From: Tubiluchus corallicola
Lineage: Eukaryota > Animalia > Priapulida
Length of the DNA stretch: 64,000 nucleotides
Assembly (NCBI GenBank): GCA_030141605.1
Contig: JAQGDQ010000191.1
Coordinates: forward strand, 186,001 to 250,000
Direction of reading: 5' to 3'
The notes under the pieces are model-generated. The model saw nothing but the letters and a program-made list of their open reading frames with translations. It did no database searches and was not told the origin of the DNA. This document shows positions 15,008-27,085 of this stretch, one piece after another. Position numbers and translations under genes: made by a program. Position 1 is the stretch's first letter. Each line of letters begins with the position of its first letter.

Positions 15008-15336
15008 TTACCTCTGTCAAGGAGGCTATGTATTCAATGCCGCTTGTTTGTTTGCTTGTTTAAATGTTTGTTAGTTATCAGTATTGCACAAAAACTACGA
15101 TTGATGAATTACGATTACGATTATGATTACTTCCGTCAAAGATGTTATGTTTCCATCGCAATTGGTTTGTTAGTTTGTTTGTTAACAGGATTGCTTAGAA
15201 ACTGCTTAACGGATTTCCAGAAAATTTTGTTGAGAAGTTGGGCATTGAATAAAGACGACGGACTTAATGCGGGGAACACGTTTAGGATTGTTTGGCTTTG
15301 TTGAAGATTTGATTCCTACGAGTGCACTCTATTTTT
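15008..15336 (+). mobile_element. Non-autonomous Helentron-associated (HINE/DINE-like) repeat remnant with duplicated head
   Basis: TTACCTCTGTCAAGGAGGCTATGT and ATTACTTCCGTCAAAGATGTTATGTTT heads, each followed by (GTTT)n and an AAAACTAC/GAAACTGC core, ending GAGTGCACTCTATTTT. This architecture is recalled from HINE families. Confidence 0.55.
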
Positions 15337-15367
15337 ATGATAAAATTATTTGTGATTAATCCAAGCC

Positions 15368-15683
15368 AATTTTATTACAGGCAGAACACAACTTTATTAA
15401 AAACTTCTAAATTAAAAAGTTAAGTTAAAATCATGCCAAACATTTTGACTAGCTGCTGCTGTTATCATCAGTGGTAAATTTACAAACATACATATTCATT
15501 ACCCGTTTGGTTTCTGCTAACTACCTAATTAGTGCATAATAGGCTCTGCCCATATAAACTGGTTGTATGTTTGTAAATTTACCACCGATGATGACAACAG
15601 CAGCTAGTTGAAACTTTTGGCATGATTTTAACTTTTTAATGCAAAAGTTTTTAATAAAGTTGTGTTCTTTTTAACTATAAAAT
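15368..15683. repeat. Long inverted repeat (arms of about 110 bp, spacer of about 70 bp)
   Basis: 15384-15492 (AGAACACAACTTTATTAAAAACTT...GGTAAATTTACAAACATACA) is an imperfect reverse complement of 15564-15668. Confidence 0.85.
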
Positions 15684-16422
15684 TATTTGTATTAAAATAA
15701 CATATAGTGCCATTTTTTCCTACTTTTCCTTTTATGCCCTTTTCTCCTGTGCTATTTCCCTACGTTCGTGAGTCAAGGATCAACCCACGACACTCGAGTC
15801 AATTTAATTTTGAATCGGCAAGTCTAGAATTAAAATACTTTGCGACACTTTTGCACTTAAGTAATTACAGTGCACTTCAATAAAGATAATCTTCGTGAGG
15901 ACGAAACTGCTCTAACTGCCTAATTCGAAAATAATAACGTGCACCAGCAATTCTTTTACAAAAGGTCAACAGATTTTCACTCTTTAATGGGAACAAAGTC
16001 CGGTGACATTTACTAATAAGTTTTGCTGCATTTCACTTTACACCGTGCGGCTTACCCATATTTTACTGTACACTTTCTGGCTCATTGAAATAGATTCCTC
16101 ATCACGTAATCCAAGTAATTTTTTTAAACAAACGCCGATTAAACAAATTGCGTTCAAAATTTCAAGGATTTGAATGTCATTATACGGCTCATACAACTGC
16201 TAAAAATTAACAAGTGAAAAGTCCCTACTGACGAGCGTGAAACATGTAAGACAACATGCGCATTCGTGAGCGCTCACTGTTAATGCTACAAGTCACAAGT
16301 GCAGATCTATCAGCATTTTTCACTTACTTAGCAAACCACATAAAATACTGAAGATTTGCATTGCACAATTGCATTTTTTCTTTTTAGCACTTGATTGTGC
16401 GACTATTTAAATCGATATATAC

Positions 16423-16423
<1 letters not shown>

Positions 16424-16459
<36 letters not shown>

Positions 16460-16481
16460 GTTAATAATATTATTATTATTA

Positions 16482-16513
<32 letters not shown>
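16424..16513. repeat. (ATT)n microsatellite
   Basis: Directly visible. Confidence 0.95.
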
Positions 16514-16515
<2 letters not shown>

Positions 16516-19328
16516 ACAATACTATATTGGCTTATGACTTTCGTTTGCCGACCAATGAATTGTGTGAATAATTTACATGATTTTAAGAATTAAGCAACAT
16601 TTTTAGAAACTAAAACCTTTATTTTATGATGCTAAATGACACACTGGTTGTTCAAGACTAATGAGAGCAAAACAGCAACAGCAACAACAACATTGATGCT
16701 CAAGTGCTTAACAGCATTAGCAGTTGAGTGTTTATTCACGAAATCAAACGGTTTTAAATGTTTTTTCATAAATCACACTACGTTCAACACAATGTGAATT
16801 ATTTTGCTTATTTTTTACACTCACTAAATGCTTGTTTTCTGACGATTGAAGACCCCAAATTCCTGAACAATATACGTAAGTTAACGACTTCCAACTTCCG
16901 GGTGATCAAATGAGAAAAAAAGCTTTTAACCAGTCGAAAGACATTAAAAGGTTTGCCATATCGCTTTTCTGATCTGTGATCTTTCGCACTCGCAGTTCAA
17001 GAAAACATGCACATGTGTCTATTACCATGCTTTATATATATATAAAGTAACTTACGTTTTATCTCATACCAGAAAGCACTAAAACTGGTTCTGTTTAGAC
17101 AGATAAATAGACAAATAGAATATTAATTCATAACAGTTTCTAGTAAATGGTGTAACTATGTTTTTGTCCCTTGCCGCAGAATAGGACTACTTATTAATGA
17201 TCGTTATCACACATAATTATAAGATTATATATAAGACTATAAAGTGCAAAATCGCTTTTGTGTTATCATAATTACGTCATCAAGTCATGTATAATGCATA
17301 CAATTTATTACCAGTGCTGTTTGTGGCTTCAGCAGCGCTTTTAACCTACTAAAACAGAAGCTAGGGATATATTGAAAGCTGAACGTTCTTTTTTCGCTTT
17401 TTACAACTTTTCGCTGCTTAATTAAGTAACACAAGTCATCACAAAAATCACTGACTGTTGACTAACAGTTCTCTTCTACCAATGTCAAGTTAAAATTGGA
17501 AGACTAAATGGAATCGATGTAAAACCGAAATGTCTGCATTCAGTGAAGCACGCAGGACCCATCGCCGAGCGTATGAATACAAACAAAAAACACATGTCTC
17601 TCATCCAGTGAACGATGCCTTTATTTCTCCTGTTTATGCTGCGTGAGCCTTACAGCCTTTAGGCTTGCTTTAAAATCAAACCCCTACGGGTACCTGCTCC
17701 TCACGCAGTGGTCTCCTGATTCATTTGAAATTGAAAACCACCTATACAGACTTACGTACTCATAAAGGCAATATGTAGGACGTTCGTGCTCGCTCGACGT
17801 CCCGGGTACCGCCTCACTTGCTACGGCAACGTGATCGATGACAAGGGGTCGGCTTAAAAGGCGAGGCGTTACACAGCGCCTTGGATCGTCCCTATTTACA
17901 ATTCAAAAGCATTTAGATAGGCCTAAACCTTTAAATGATATTACTCACACAGCATCGCTTCAGTCAGCTAAGGATTCATCAATTTTTCATTTTTTAAATA
18001 CAAAAGCAATTAACTGTGAAATTTCACACATATAAATGGTTATTTCAGACGTGGATTTTAAAACCTCGTAACTTTTATTTATTTCTACGTTGAATTTGGA
18101 TGATGATTCGCTGAAACCTATAAGCCTGTTAGTCATTAATTTCCAAGATAGATTTTGGTGTAAAAAACCCATTTACACCAAAGTATTTAGTACTGTGACG
18201 TTTTAACGCATCGCTGGCACTTAACCAAATTTTGTTATAATATGCCTTCGACGGGGACGGACAATTCTTCATCACAAGTTATATTTGACGCTGATAGATG
18301 GCGCGATTCTGGGAATACGTCAATTGTGAATCAAAATGATGGTCGGGAATTAAACACAGTAACACGGATGTTCCGACAAACACTTTAAGCAAAATGGAAT
18401 TAATGTCAAGCAATTATCGGTTGCAAATTGGTCACCATAGATGAACAAAACTGATACAATCGACAAAACAACTGACGCTTTCTAAAGAAGCCTTATGATA
18501 TTTAGGTAATAGCTATTACAAACTAGAATACGCTGTGGTCAAAACCTACATTATACATCAATGTATAATATAGCGATAGACCAATATGTTTGACGTCAAT
18601 CGTGGTTGAGCAGTAAAACATAAACATTAGAAGGGCTAACCGTCGCTCCGACAATACACATACGCAGTAAATCCTGCTGGAGCATACCCAGCAAATGCGA
18701 AGATTTCCCACATTGTTAGCGCCGCCCATATCGGGTACAAAATTTTAGAATTCCGCCTGCCCAATGTCTACAATTGACGTAACGGGGTGATGACATAAAA
18801 TTTTCAACTAAATCTAGTTTTAAGAACAGAAGAACTTACGCTGTTAGCTGCAGATAGGTGTGTGGAATGCTCTAACAAATGGCAATCCTCAACGTCTACA
18901 ATGTCTCAATTTAGCCTCTACATTCAATTACTTTGCCAATTTTGCATGTTAGAGGCTCAGCTGCAGCTCCGTCCACACTAAATATAAGTTTTCAACCCAC
19001 AGGATCTGCTTTAATAAACCAATACTAACTACTGACGGACACAGAGATCGTGTAAGATAGTTTGCTAGATAGCAGTTGCGAGCTCAACGAACTGCAAGTT
19101 TCGGTACAAGTATATTCATGTATATGGTGGGGCGAAAATGTGGCGAAGTTCATGATATTATAAAAAGAAAATGACGCAATGGCTTGAAAATTAGCGCACT
19201 GATATTACAGACGTTTACGTATAAACACCATTTTGGGGTCATTCTCTTAGGTTAGTCCAAAGATAGAGAACTTTTAGTTCAACAAGTCAAGAAAATAAAT
19301 GAAGAAAATGCTACCACTATTGTTAAAT

Positions 19329-19530
19329 TTACAGCAAGTGCTCTACGTGTCCACCATTTGGCGAAGGCATTCCAACAACTGACTCAATTTCTCATTTCAT
19401 TAAAGGTATTTGGTCCCAGCACTCAATAATTTTTGCCTTTAGTTCCTCTGTATCAAACGGCTCTGTGCGACAATTGTACACCTTCTCTTTAAAGGAATTC
19501 CAGATACCGTAATCCGGAGGATTAAGTCCC
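19329..19530 (-). pseudogene. Tc1/mariner-superfamily transposase C-terminal remnant
   Basis: Translates GLNPPDYGIWNSFKEKVY..EELKAKIIECWDQIP..*..NGGHVEHLL*, matching SPDLNPLDY.IW..LK.KVY and the terminal GGH.EHLL; one internal stop. Confidence 0.8.
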
Positions 19531-22500
19531 ATTTCTGGCGACAAATCTTGATCAGCTAGTGAGTTTTTTTCTGTGGCGAAGACTGGTAAACTGGTTGATT
19601 TCTTTATTGTTTTGCTGTAATATATTGAGTGCTTTATACCTCAACACGGCTGTTTTTCAGTTGACGACTATAACTGACATCGTTCCGGCATTTAACTTTA
19701 ATTTAACATGCAAAAGTTTTTTGCCACAACTTAAAAACCACTTAACTATAGACTTGTAACTATTACTGCCAAAAGTTCACAGACTGCAGTACCAATTTCA
19801 AATTTGCAGAGCACTACTTCTAATATCGTTGCAGTTTAAACTTTTTCAAGTAAAGCCTATGCATTATTTATAATTCTAAATTTTAACAGAGCAAGAGAAA
19901 AGGCAGATTTATGCAAAATGTTTTAAATGAATTTTGTAAAGATGATTAGTTAATAATAGCATATAGGTGAATTAGAAATTCTTTGCTCAGTTAAGTTCGT
20001 CATAAAAGCCACAGTGTATTACCTAATTAAGTAACTTTATGTTAGATCAGCATTTAGTTACGCAAGCTCACAAAGTATCAAAAACGATTATAATTTTAGC
20101 GAAAGGTAAACAAGTTACTTAAAGTAACAAGCCTGCAAAACAATACTCTAACACACCTATAACATTCTATAGTATGCCAGCACAAGTTTGCTCTTGTTTA
20201 ACTCTTATCAGCAGATACAACTTCGTGCAACAGGTCTAGACGCAAGAGAGCATGCGGAGTTCATTTATAACAAAACTTGTTACATAATTTACACAATATA
20301 CAAATAAATATATAAAAAAAAGTTGAAAAATGGTTAGTCAACACTGAAATTAGGCCTACTCACCTCAAATCTTCTTTCTCAGTTCTACATATCATAAGCA
20401 CAACTATAATGGTACTGCATTGGCACTTCTCTATCAGCAATAGTACTCAGAGTATTTGTAATAGCCAAACGTGTTAGATAAGTGACGCAATATTGTATAA
20501 CTGCCAATACACCAAGTTCATATTCAGATTGTGTCATTACACCAATAAAACTGCTAAATAAAGATTGAAAAAACTCAAAAACAAGTAAACCCTCAAATAA
20601 CTCACCTCAATTTTGCTTCGAAATTATAGGTAAACCTATCAGAGATAATTGATTAACACTGAATTACCCATCCTGCCTAATCGTCTACAAAACATCTTAA
20701 ACACTGCACACGTCACCATCATTGTTTTATTAAAGCACGAATATTAAATGACAAGATTGTACAGTGACATCAGTGGAGCTTACAGTAGCTCTTCGCGCAA
20801 TATACTGGTTTTTGCCTAGGATTGTTATAATACTCAGTACCAAGCCTTGCTCTGTACAGATCTAGACGCAGCGGTGCATGAAAGCGACAGCTTGAAGCGG
20901 TATATGACGTCACCTTACTCTAGTCCTAATCAAAGTCAAAAGAAGTGTTTACCAAGAGATTTAATTCATACGCTCCATGACAGTTAAAAGCTATTTTCTG
21001 TGAGGTCGAAAATTGAATGAAAGCAGTTTAAGCTATTATTCGGTAATCATAGGCAATCAAGTTCACTCAGTAATGCAATAAACTATTATATTTTATAACA
21101 CTTTAAATATATTCAAATTATTATTTTATACATAAATTGGCTTTAAGAGCTGTTTCCAACCCCAGGCACATTAAATCAAATACGACTGCTTTTTACACTA
21201 TATATGAAAAACTCGGTACTTCAAATTCATTTCAAAAATGAAACTCGACAGGGGACACGTGAAGAATATTATTTACTGGTCTAATTGTTGCAACTAAATT
21301 AGACTTTATGTCTTATTAACAAGACAATTCGGCCAAGTGCGGTGGCGGCCCCTGCTTATTTAACATACAACGAATCACACGATTATAAACAAGCTTACGG
21401 TGATCATAATTACAAACTTAAAATTATAATATTAAAATTAACTGTACCACGTTTAAAAAGTACTATTTTTCATGTTTTGAAACTGTTAATATTGCAGTTA
21501 ATTGCAAAGGCATGGCATACCAAAACATAACAGTCAGATAATAATAATAATTTTGTTCAAGACATAATCCAGGGATAACACCTAAAGTAACTCATAACTT
21601 ATTTTCAAGGTGGCTTGGATAAGTCCTTCAAAAGTTAGCTGCTCGGTAGATCCTCTGTCATGTTTGATTATATTCCAAAAGTATATTAAAAGTAAAGACA
21701 TGTAGCACGTGCAGCAGAAATCCACAATAATTCTCTTTCTACTGTTTATGAAACGCAACTGTTCAACCAAAGTAAACTGAACAAGACCACCGCCAATCAA
21801 GAATTTAAAAATGCCAATTTAACAGACTAACGTGTACGCGGAGAGGTGACTAAGTTTAAACTTACAAATGTGTTTTATTAAGTTTGAGTGCTGTTTATCG
21901 TAAAAGAAAGAAAACGTAAGACTCTTTTAAAGTTTGTCTAAAATTAAGCTAAATTTTTTTCTCTTATAAGCAATCCTCATTAAACGAGATGGTGGCTCCA
22001 CCTTTTGCGAACTGAAAAAGTTAAATCGTGCTAAGAGATTGCACTGTGCATTGCGTACTAAAATTTTTTCAGGTAAGCAGAGAGCACTCGGAGCAGCACA
22101 AAATTGCATCATTCCATTATTAATTATGTAGCAGCGTAAAAGTTGAAAACGCACGCACCAAGGAATGGAGCAGCTAAGATTTAAATAAAGGGTAACGAAT
22201 AAATGTGTAAACTTATTTGGTCTTTTTACGTTTCACGTGAGCGCTATCACTGCCATGACGACAATCAAGTATTGTACATAATAGCTATGAAGCTTTTGCG
22301 CAAACTTGATTCTTAATGATATTTATTTATTGTTATGAAATATGCAATGAAATATTATGAAGTATAACATGCAATATAATGTACAATATTACATAATGTA
22401 TTTCAACATTTCAATACAATATTCCATATATAATGTAATAAACTATTATCTAGGTATAATATAATCTTATTAAAGGCAGCGGGTGTGTAAATTCTAGCCA

Positions 22501-23201
22501 ATGAAAGTTGATCGAGATATTTGCAGAAAAAAATCAGTTCAATTAATGCTTGAAGACAAAAATTACTGCTACTATTAGGGGTGACATCTATCATTTACAC
22601 TAGTTTGTGTCCACTGACATGCTTAAGAATAAAAGGCAGCTAGAGTTGGGCAGAGTGGGCCGTCAGCATGAGCGCTTGCGCTACAATATATTTACACAAA
22701 CTTATATGACTGTTTTAGATGCTGGTCGAAAATACTACTTTTACTTTAGAAAATTTACATGTACCGTATGTATTAAAACTTGCAGTTTAATGAGTAAAAA
22801 TGTAGTACGGCTGCGGTAACGATAACAGGCCTGGTAGCTGAACAGTCCCTATGGGCAACAAAAAACGTACAAAAAATTCTTTTACCCGAGGCTTATCGAA
22901 ATTATGTGCCATGCCTTTTACTGATATGTGGCTTTGCCTGCATGCATACCTACTTCCGGTATTTTTTATCTTTGACAAAAGCTTAATTACTCAACCAATG
23001 CAAAGTGTTTGTAAATAGGTTACAAACTATTATTTTTAATTAGTTAAAATGTTTATTTGTTGAACAGCTTTTGCAATATATATATATATATATCAATATT
23101 GACAACCTAAAAATGTTACATAAATGGTTTAAGACACAGGTTTCGCATTGTGCTGTTGTACTCAGCCTGCTTGTCACAGCAAAAGCGCAATGACCTATTT
23201 C

Positions 23202-23410
23202 TGACGTCATGAGCCGACTAACCAATAAAATTTCGTTCTCTGAAAGTGGCTGATGCAATACTCAGCCTAAATGGTGTCGTACTTATTTTACATTAAATAT
23301 AGTACCAATTGTCAGAGCCAAATAAAATGATATAACAGCAAAATCAGTTCAAAGAAATTTCTGCTATTTGATATAAACTTATGTGAAAAAATTTATATAC
23401 TTCGCAGTTT
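23202..23410 (+). promoter_or_regulatory. Putative ATF4 proximal promoter: CRE, CCAAT, C/EBP-ATF (CARE/AARE) element, TATA box
   Basis: TGACGTCA 23202-23209, CCAAT 23222-23226, TGATGCAAT 23251-23259, TATAAA 23372-23377, Inr-like GCAGTT 23404-23409, all just upstream of the uORF-bearing exon. Confidence 0.55.
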
Positions 23411-23551
23411 AGCGTACAGAACGAGTTGTCAAGCATTATATTTTTTCTCAAACGAGAACTGATACTTAACTGTGTTATTCGGTCACACATCCTCCATTAA
23501 TGAAGAAAGCAAGGTTAAAATATATATCAGGGAAGCTAAAATTTGGTTAAA

Positions 23552-23563
23552 ATGGAGCTATAG
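23552..23563 (+). promoter_or_regulatory. ATF4 uORF1 (3 codons, M-E-L-stop)
   Basis: aaaATGGAGCTATAG in the putative first exon, in good Kozak context; vertebrate ATF4 uORF1 is also 3 codons. Confidence 0.6.
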
Positions 23564-23613
23564 TGTACAAAACCGCTACTCGTGCAAAGCAAATTTGCAC
23601 AAAGCTCATAAAA

Positions 23614-24383
23614 ATGGCGTAAGTATATTTTTCCTTACTAATAATGTTTGGGAATCGAAGTTTAAACTCCTTCGAAATTTCTATAATTATAATTCTTGAT
23701 AGTAAGTTTCTCTGAGACTTTGCTGTTTTGATCGCTAATTGTGCAAATCAAGAATGATGGTCAATCTAGTCTACTATAAGTAAAATAAATAAACATTATA
23801 GTAGTACATGTAAGTATTGGTATGCAAAGCCTACCAAAACTCTGTGCAAGTAAGCAAAAGGTACAGATGAAATAAATTGCAGCATATGGCATAGCCACCC
23901 CAAAAGATTTCCGACCTACCCAGGAGGTACGAGTCCCTCCGAGGTTACACTTCATTGAATTTGAATGTTAAATTAGTTTCTATTTTGGTTTTTCGTTTTA
24001 CTGCTGCAGAGTAGTTGATAGCATTTTCTAAAAGTACTTTTCATCCTGCATGAAGCCACTTGCCATAATTAATTTATAACTGTTAATGTTCTTGTCCATC
24101 TAGTAATATTATATGTTTCTGGATCCTTGCAGGTTCGCTATAATGATGTTGTACAATTTTGCCAAGTCTCTGTTTTACCTGTTTTAATGTTTTCTAAACT
24201 GACAAACTTTATTTTGCTTGTTCCAGTATCAATATGTCTGCTTCGCGCACTGTCTTCAGCCGTCAAGGCTACCAGATTCAGGATGGTTTCTCTAGTTTGC
24301 TACAAATACAAGAATATGGAATCTCCAGTCAGTTTGTATGCGGATTTGGAAGACTGGGGCGAGCTCTTCGCCTCGGTTTCTAA
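23614..24383 (+). promoter_or_regulatory. ATF4 inhibitory uORF2, split by an intron and overlapping the main CDS out of frame (53 aa)
   Basis: ATGGC|gtaagt at 23614-23618 joined to ttccag|TATCAATATG at 24227 gives MAINMSASRTVFSRQGYQIQDGFSSLLQIQEYGISSQFVCGFGRLGRALRLGF*. The stop at 24381-24383 lies downstream of main-frame ATGs 24283 and 24316. Confidence 0.7.
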
Positions 24384-26286
24384 CAAAGATCCGTCTCAGG
24401 TAAATAGTGTGACATAACCTATCACATAGTAGTAATAGATATACATGCAATACTTTCATAAATGTGCATTATTTCTTTACGTATCTAAACATCTCTTGAT
24501 TAACTGGCTACATATGTATTGACTAAACTAGTATTTGTCAAGCATTTATAATGAGGGCGACAATAGAAATACATTTTCCAAGCTGGCTTTGGACTAGTTT
24601 TAAAAGAGAGCAAAATAATTCACTCACCTGCCAAAGATATGCTTATATCATTCTGAATGGCAGCATGGGACATTTTCTTTTATTTTGTAAAATAAGAATG
24701 TTTTTGAATTAGTTCTTTATTATTGTCAGGTGGAGCCGGCTCCTATTTTTCTGCAGGAACAGGATAGAACTATTGAAAAAATTGCTGATATGGAACTGTT
24801 TCAGGGCTTGGGTGATCTAGAAGGTTAGTAGTGCACTACTGGTTATATCTAGCTCTTGCATTAAAATTATCAAAAATGTTCTGGTTAATTTATATGTGGC
24901 ATATTATCTACTAATACAAATTTTTTCACAATACATTGTCTGCTGAAATAATTCCACTAACTCACCAATATTATAATCAGTTCTTCAATTATGTAAAACT
25001 TTATTTTAAGCAATATTTATGCATTGTGCATACCAAGATTATATACAAGCATTTTGAAATGTAGGTCTACTAATTAGCCACGAAATAGCCTGGGTATCAG
25101 TGCATTTGATTTCAAGGTGCTTGGAATATAAGCTTAAGAACTAGCCACTAAGTAGACTAAAAATAGTTTATCAGACTAGTATGGCAAAGAATTGTTGGAG
25201 GTACATGTGTGCCTTCTCGAGTAATTTTGTTTTATGAAAGCATGCTAAACGTGCAAAAAACTTCATATGAAAGAATTTTTACGTCAGAAACTTTTATTTT
25301 TTATATGATGGAAACTTTGTTATTTACACCTACATATATATGCTGTTATTGTCAATAAAAAATTAATAAGCTAGACAGAAAAGTTAGTTTTGCTTCTTGG
25401 CTGGTATTATTATGTAATACGTTTTATTAAAATTATCACATCGTGTACTTTCAGGCTATGTAACGGGTTGCTCACAGTTTCTTTTTTATTGTAACAACAA
25501 ACTAGTTATAACATACAGTTGTGTTTATGTAACATATTGTATGTTCCAGGTGTGACTGCAGAAGGATTTCTGACGGACTTCTTGAATGATGACCTGATGC
25601 CGGCCTTCTCAGTCGATGTAAATGGTACGATAGACCCCAGTAAAGCCAACGTTACTGCCCCCTGCAGTACTATGGAGCTGACTCCACCTGACACACCACA
25701 ATCTACCATAGATGATGAATTGCTAGCTGACAACAGCAAGTTGCTGAACTCTGATCTATTGTCATCCACTGATTTGCCAGTGGATTTTGATAACTTGGAG
25801 TTTCAGCAACTTCTCTTCAATTCCCTGTCTTCAATCAATGTTGATGATTTGAATCAATTGGAAACAGTTTCCGAAGTTACGTCTGTTACGAACATCACTT
25901 CGGATTTGCCTGTACCATCACCAAGTAACAGTGAGTCCAGCTCACCTGCTTCACCCACCAGCTCCAAAGAATGGATTTCGGACAAAAAGACTTCACGTCG
26001 ACACAAGCCTTATTCAAAAATGAGTTCGTGGGCTCCAGCTCGGAAGGAACGCAAGCGCAATCAGAATAAGACTGCAGCGACACGTTACAGGCAAAAAAAG
26101 AAAGCAGAGGATACAGCAATGATGACCGAGCTAGAAACACTTGAGAAGAACAAGGAAGAACTTTTGGATAAGCTTGCAAAAGTTCAGCAGGAAGTTAACA
26201 TAATCAAAGACCTGATCGGAGATGTTTACCTGGCAAGTGGACTCATTTCCAATAAGCACAGTCTAAAAATTGAAGTTAAATTTTAG
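24316..26286 (+). CDS. ATF4: ATF4/ATF5 (cryptocephal)-family bZIP transcription factor, about 304 aa
   Basis: Exons 24316-24399, 24730-24823, 25550-26286 (phases 0, 1). C-terminal bZIP RKERKRNQNKTAATRYRQKKKAE..LETLEKNKEELLDKLAKVQQEVNIIKDLI matches the ATF4 signature; LTPPDTP and RHKPY motifs; acidic N-terminus. Alternative in-frame start at 24283. Confidence 0.92.
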
Positions 26287-26964
26287 GACCATAGAAAAAA
26301 TACCATTATTACTGATGTTATTATGTTTTTATTTTACATTAAATCATAATTTTGTCTTATCATGGGAACCTTTGATGTAGGATTAGACCACGTGTCTGTA
26401 CTTATACTCTGACAAAATACGACTAGTAGTGATGATTATACCATATAGGTATTTTGTTTAAAAGTGACTTGAATATTGCTGAAAATACACAACCAGTCCT
26501 ATTTTATTCTTTATTTGAAGTCATAATTTTATATTAATCTCGTTGAACAATAATTCTTTTTGACTTTTGTGAAATGACATTGTATTGTATATATGTGTAA
26601 AATATTTGTTAGCTGTAGTTTAGTTTACTTATCTGCATAGCTACATAACTTATTATGAAAACATTAATTTAGTTAATAGTTAAAAGTGAATTTATGTGTG
26701 AATGCGGAATTTGCTACAAAATAGCTAAATTATTACATGAAGTTCTTAGTGGCTGAAGTTGAACAACGTCCTAACTTGGGCAATAAGTGGGTAAGCAGTC
26801 GAAAAATTGCTTATTATTCGTTTCATCTGCCATGTCTGCTCTCATTCGGGAACATTAATCTTGTTGAGTTAGGCTTGTGTTATCTTTGGTTCCTTTATAA
26901 CCATCAAGACAACACGGGGGGGTCTGCCTTTGTATGCTAGGCCCTGGCCAATGCCTAACTGTAG

Positions 26965-27085
26965 AATAAAACTATTTTCGTGGACTACATGTTCTGTACT
27001 GTACAAGGTTTTTGAATTTCATCAATATTGGATGACGAGCATTCAGTGACTATATTGCACTGTTGTATTATTTTTGAAAAATAAA
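26965..27085 (+). terminator. Candidate ATF4 polyadenylation signals
   Basis: AATAAA at 26965-26970 and 27080-27085, about 0.7-0.8 kb after the stop codon. Confidence 0.4.

Noticed and set aside
25506-26179. Antisense ORFs (87 and 94 aa) over ATF4
   Set aside because: Shadow ORFs of the ATF4 coding exon with no recognisable motif.
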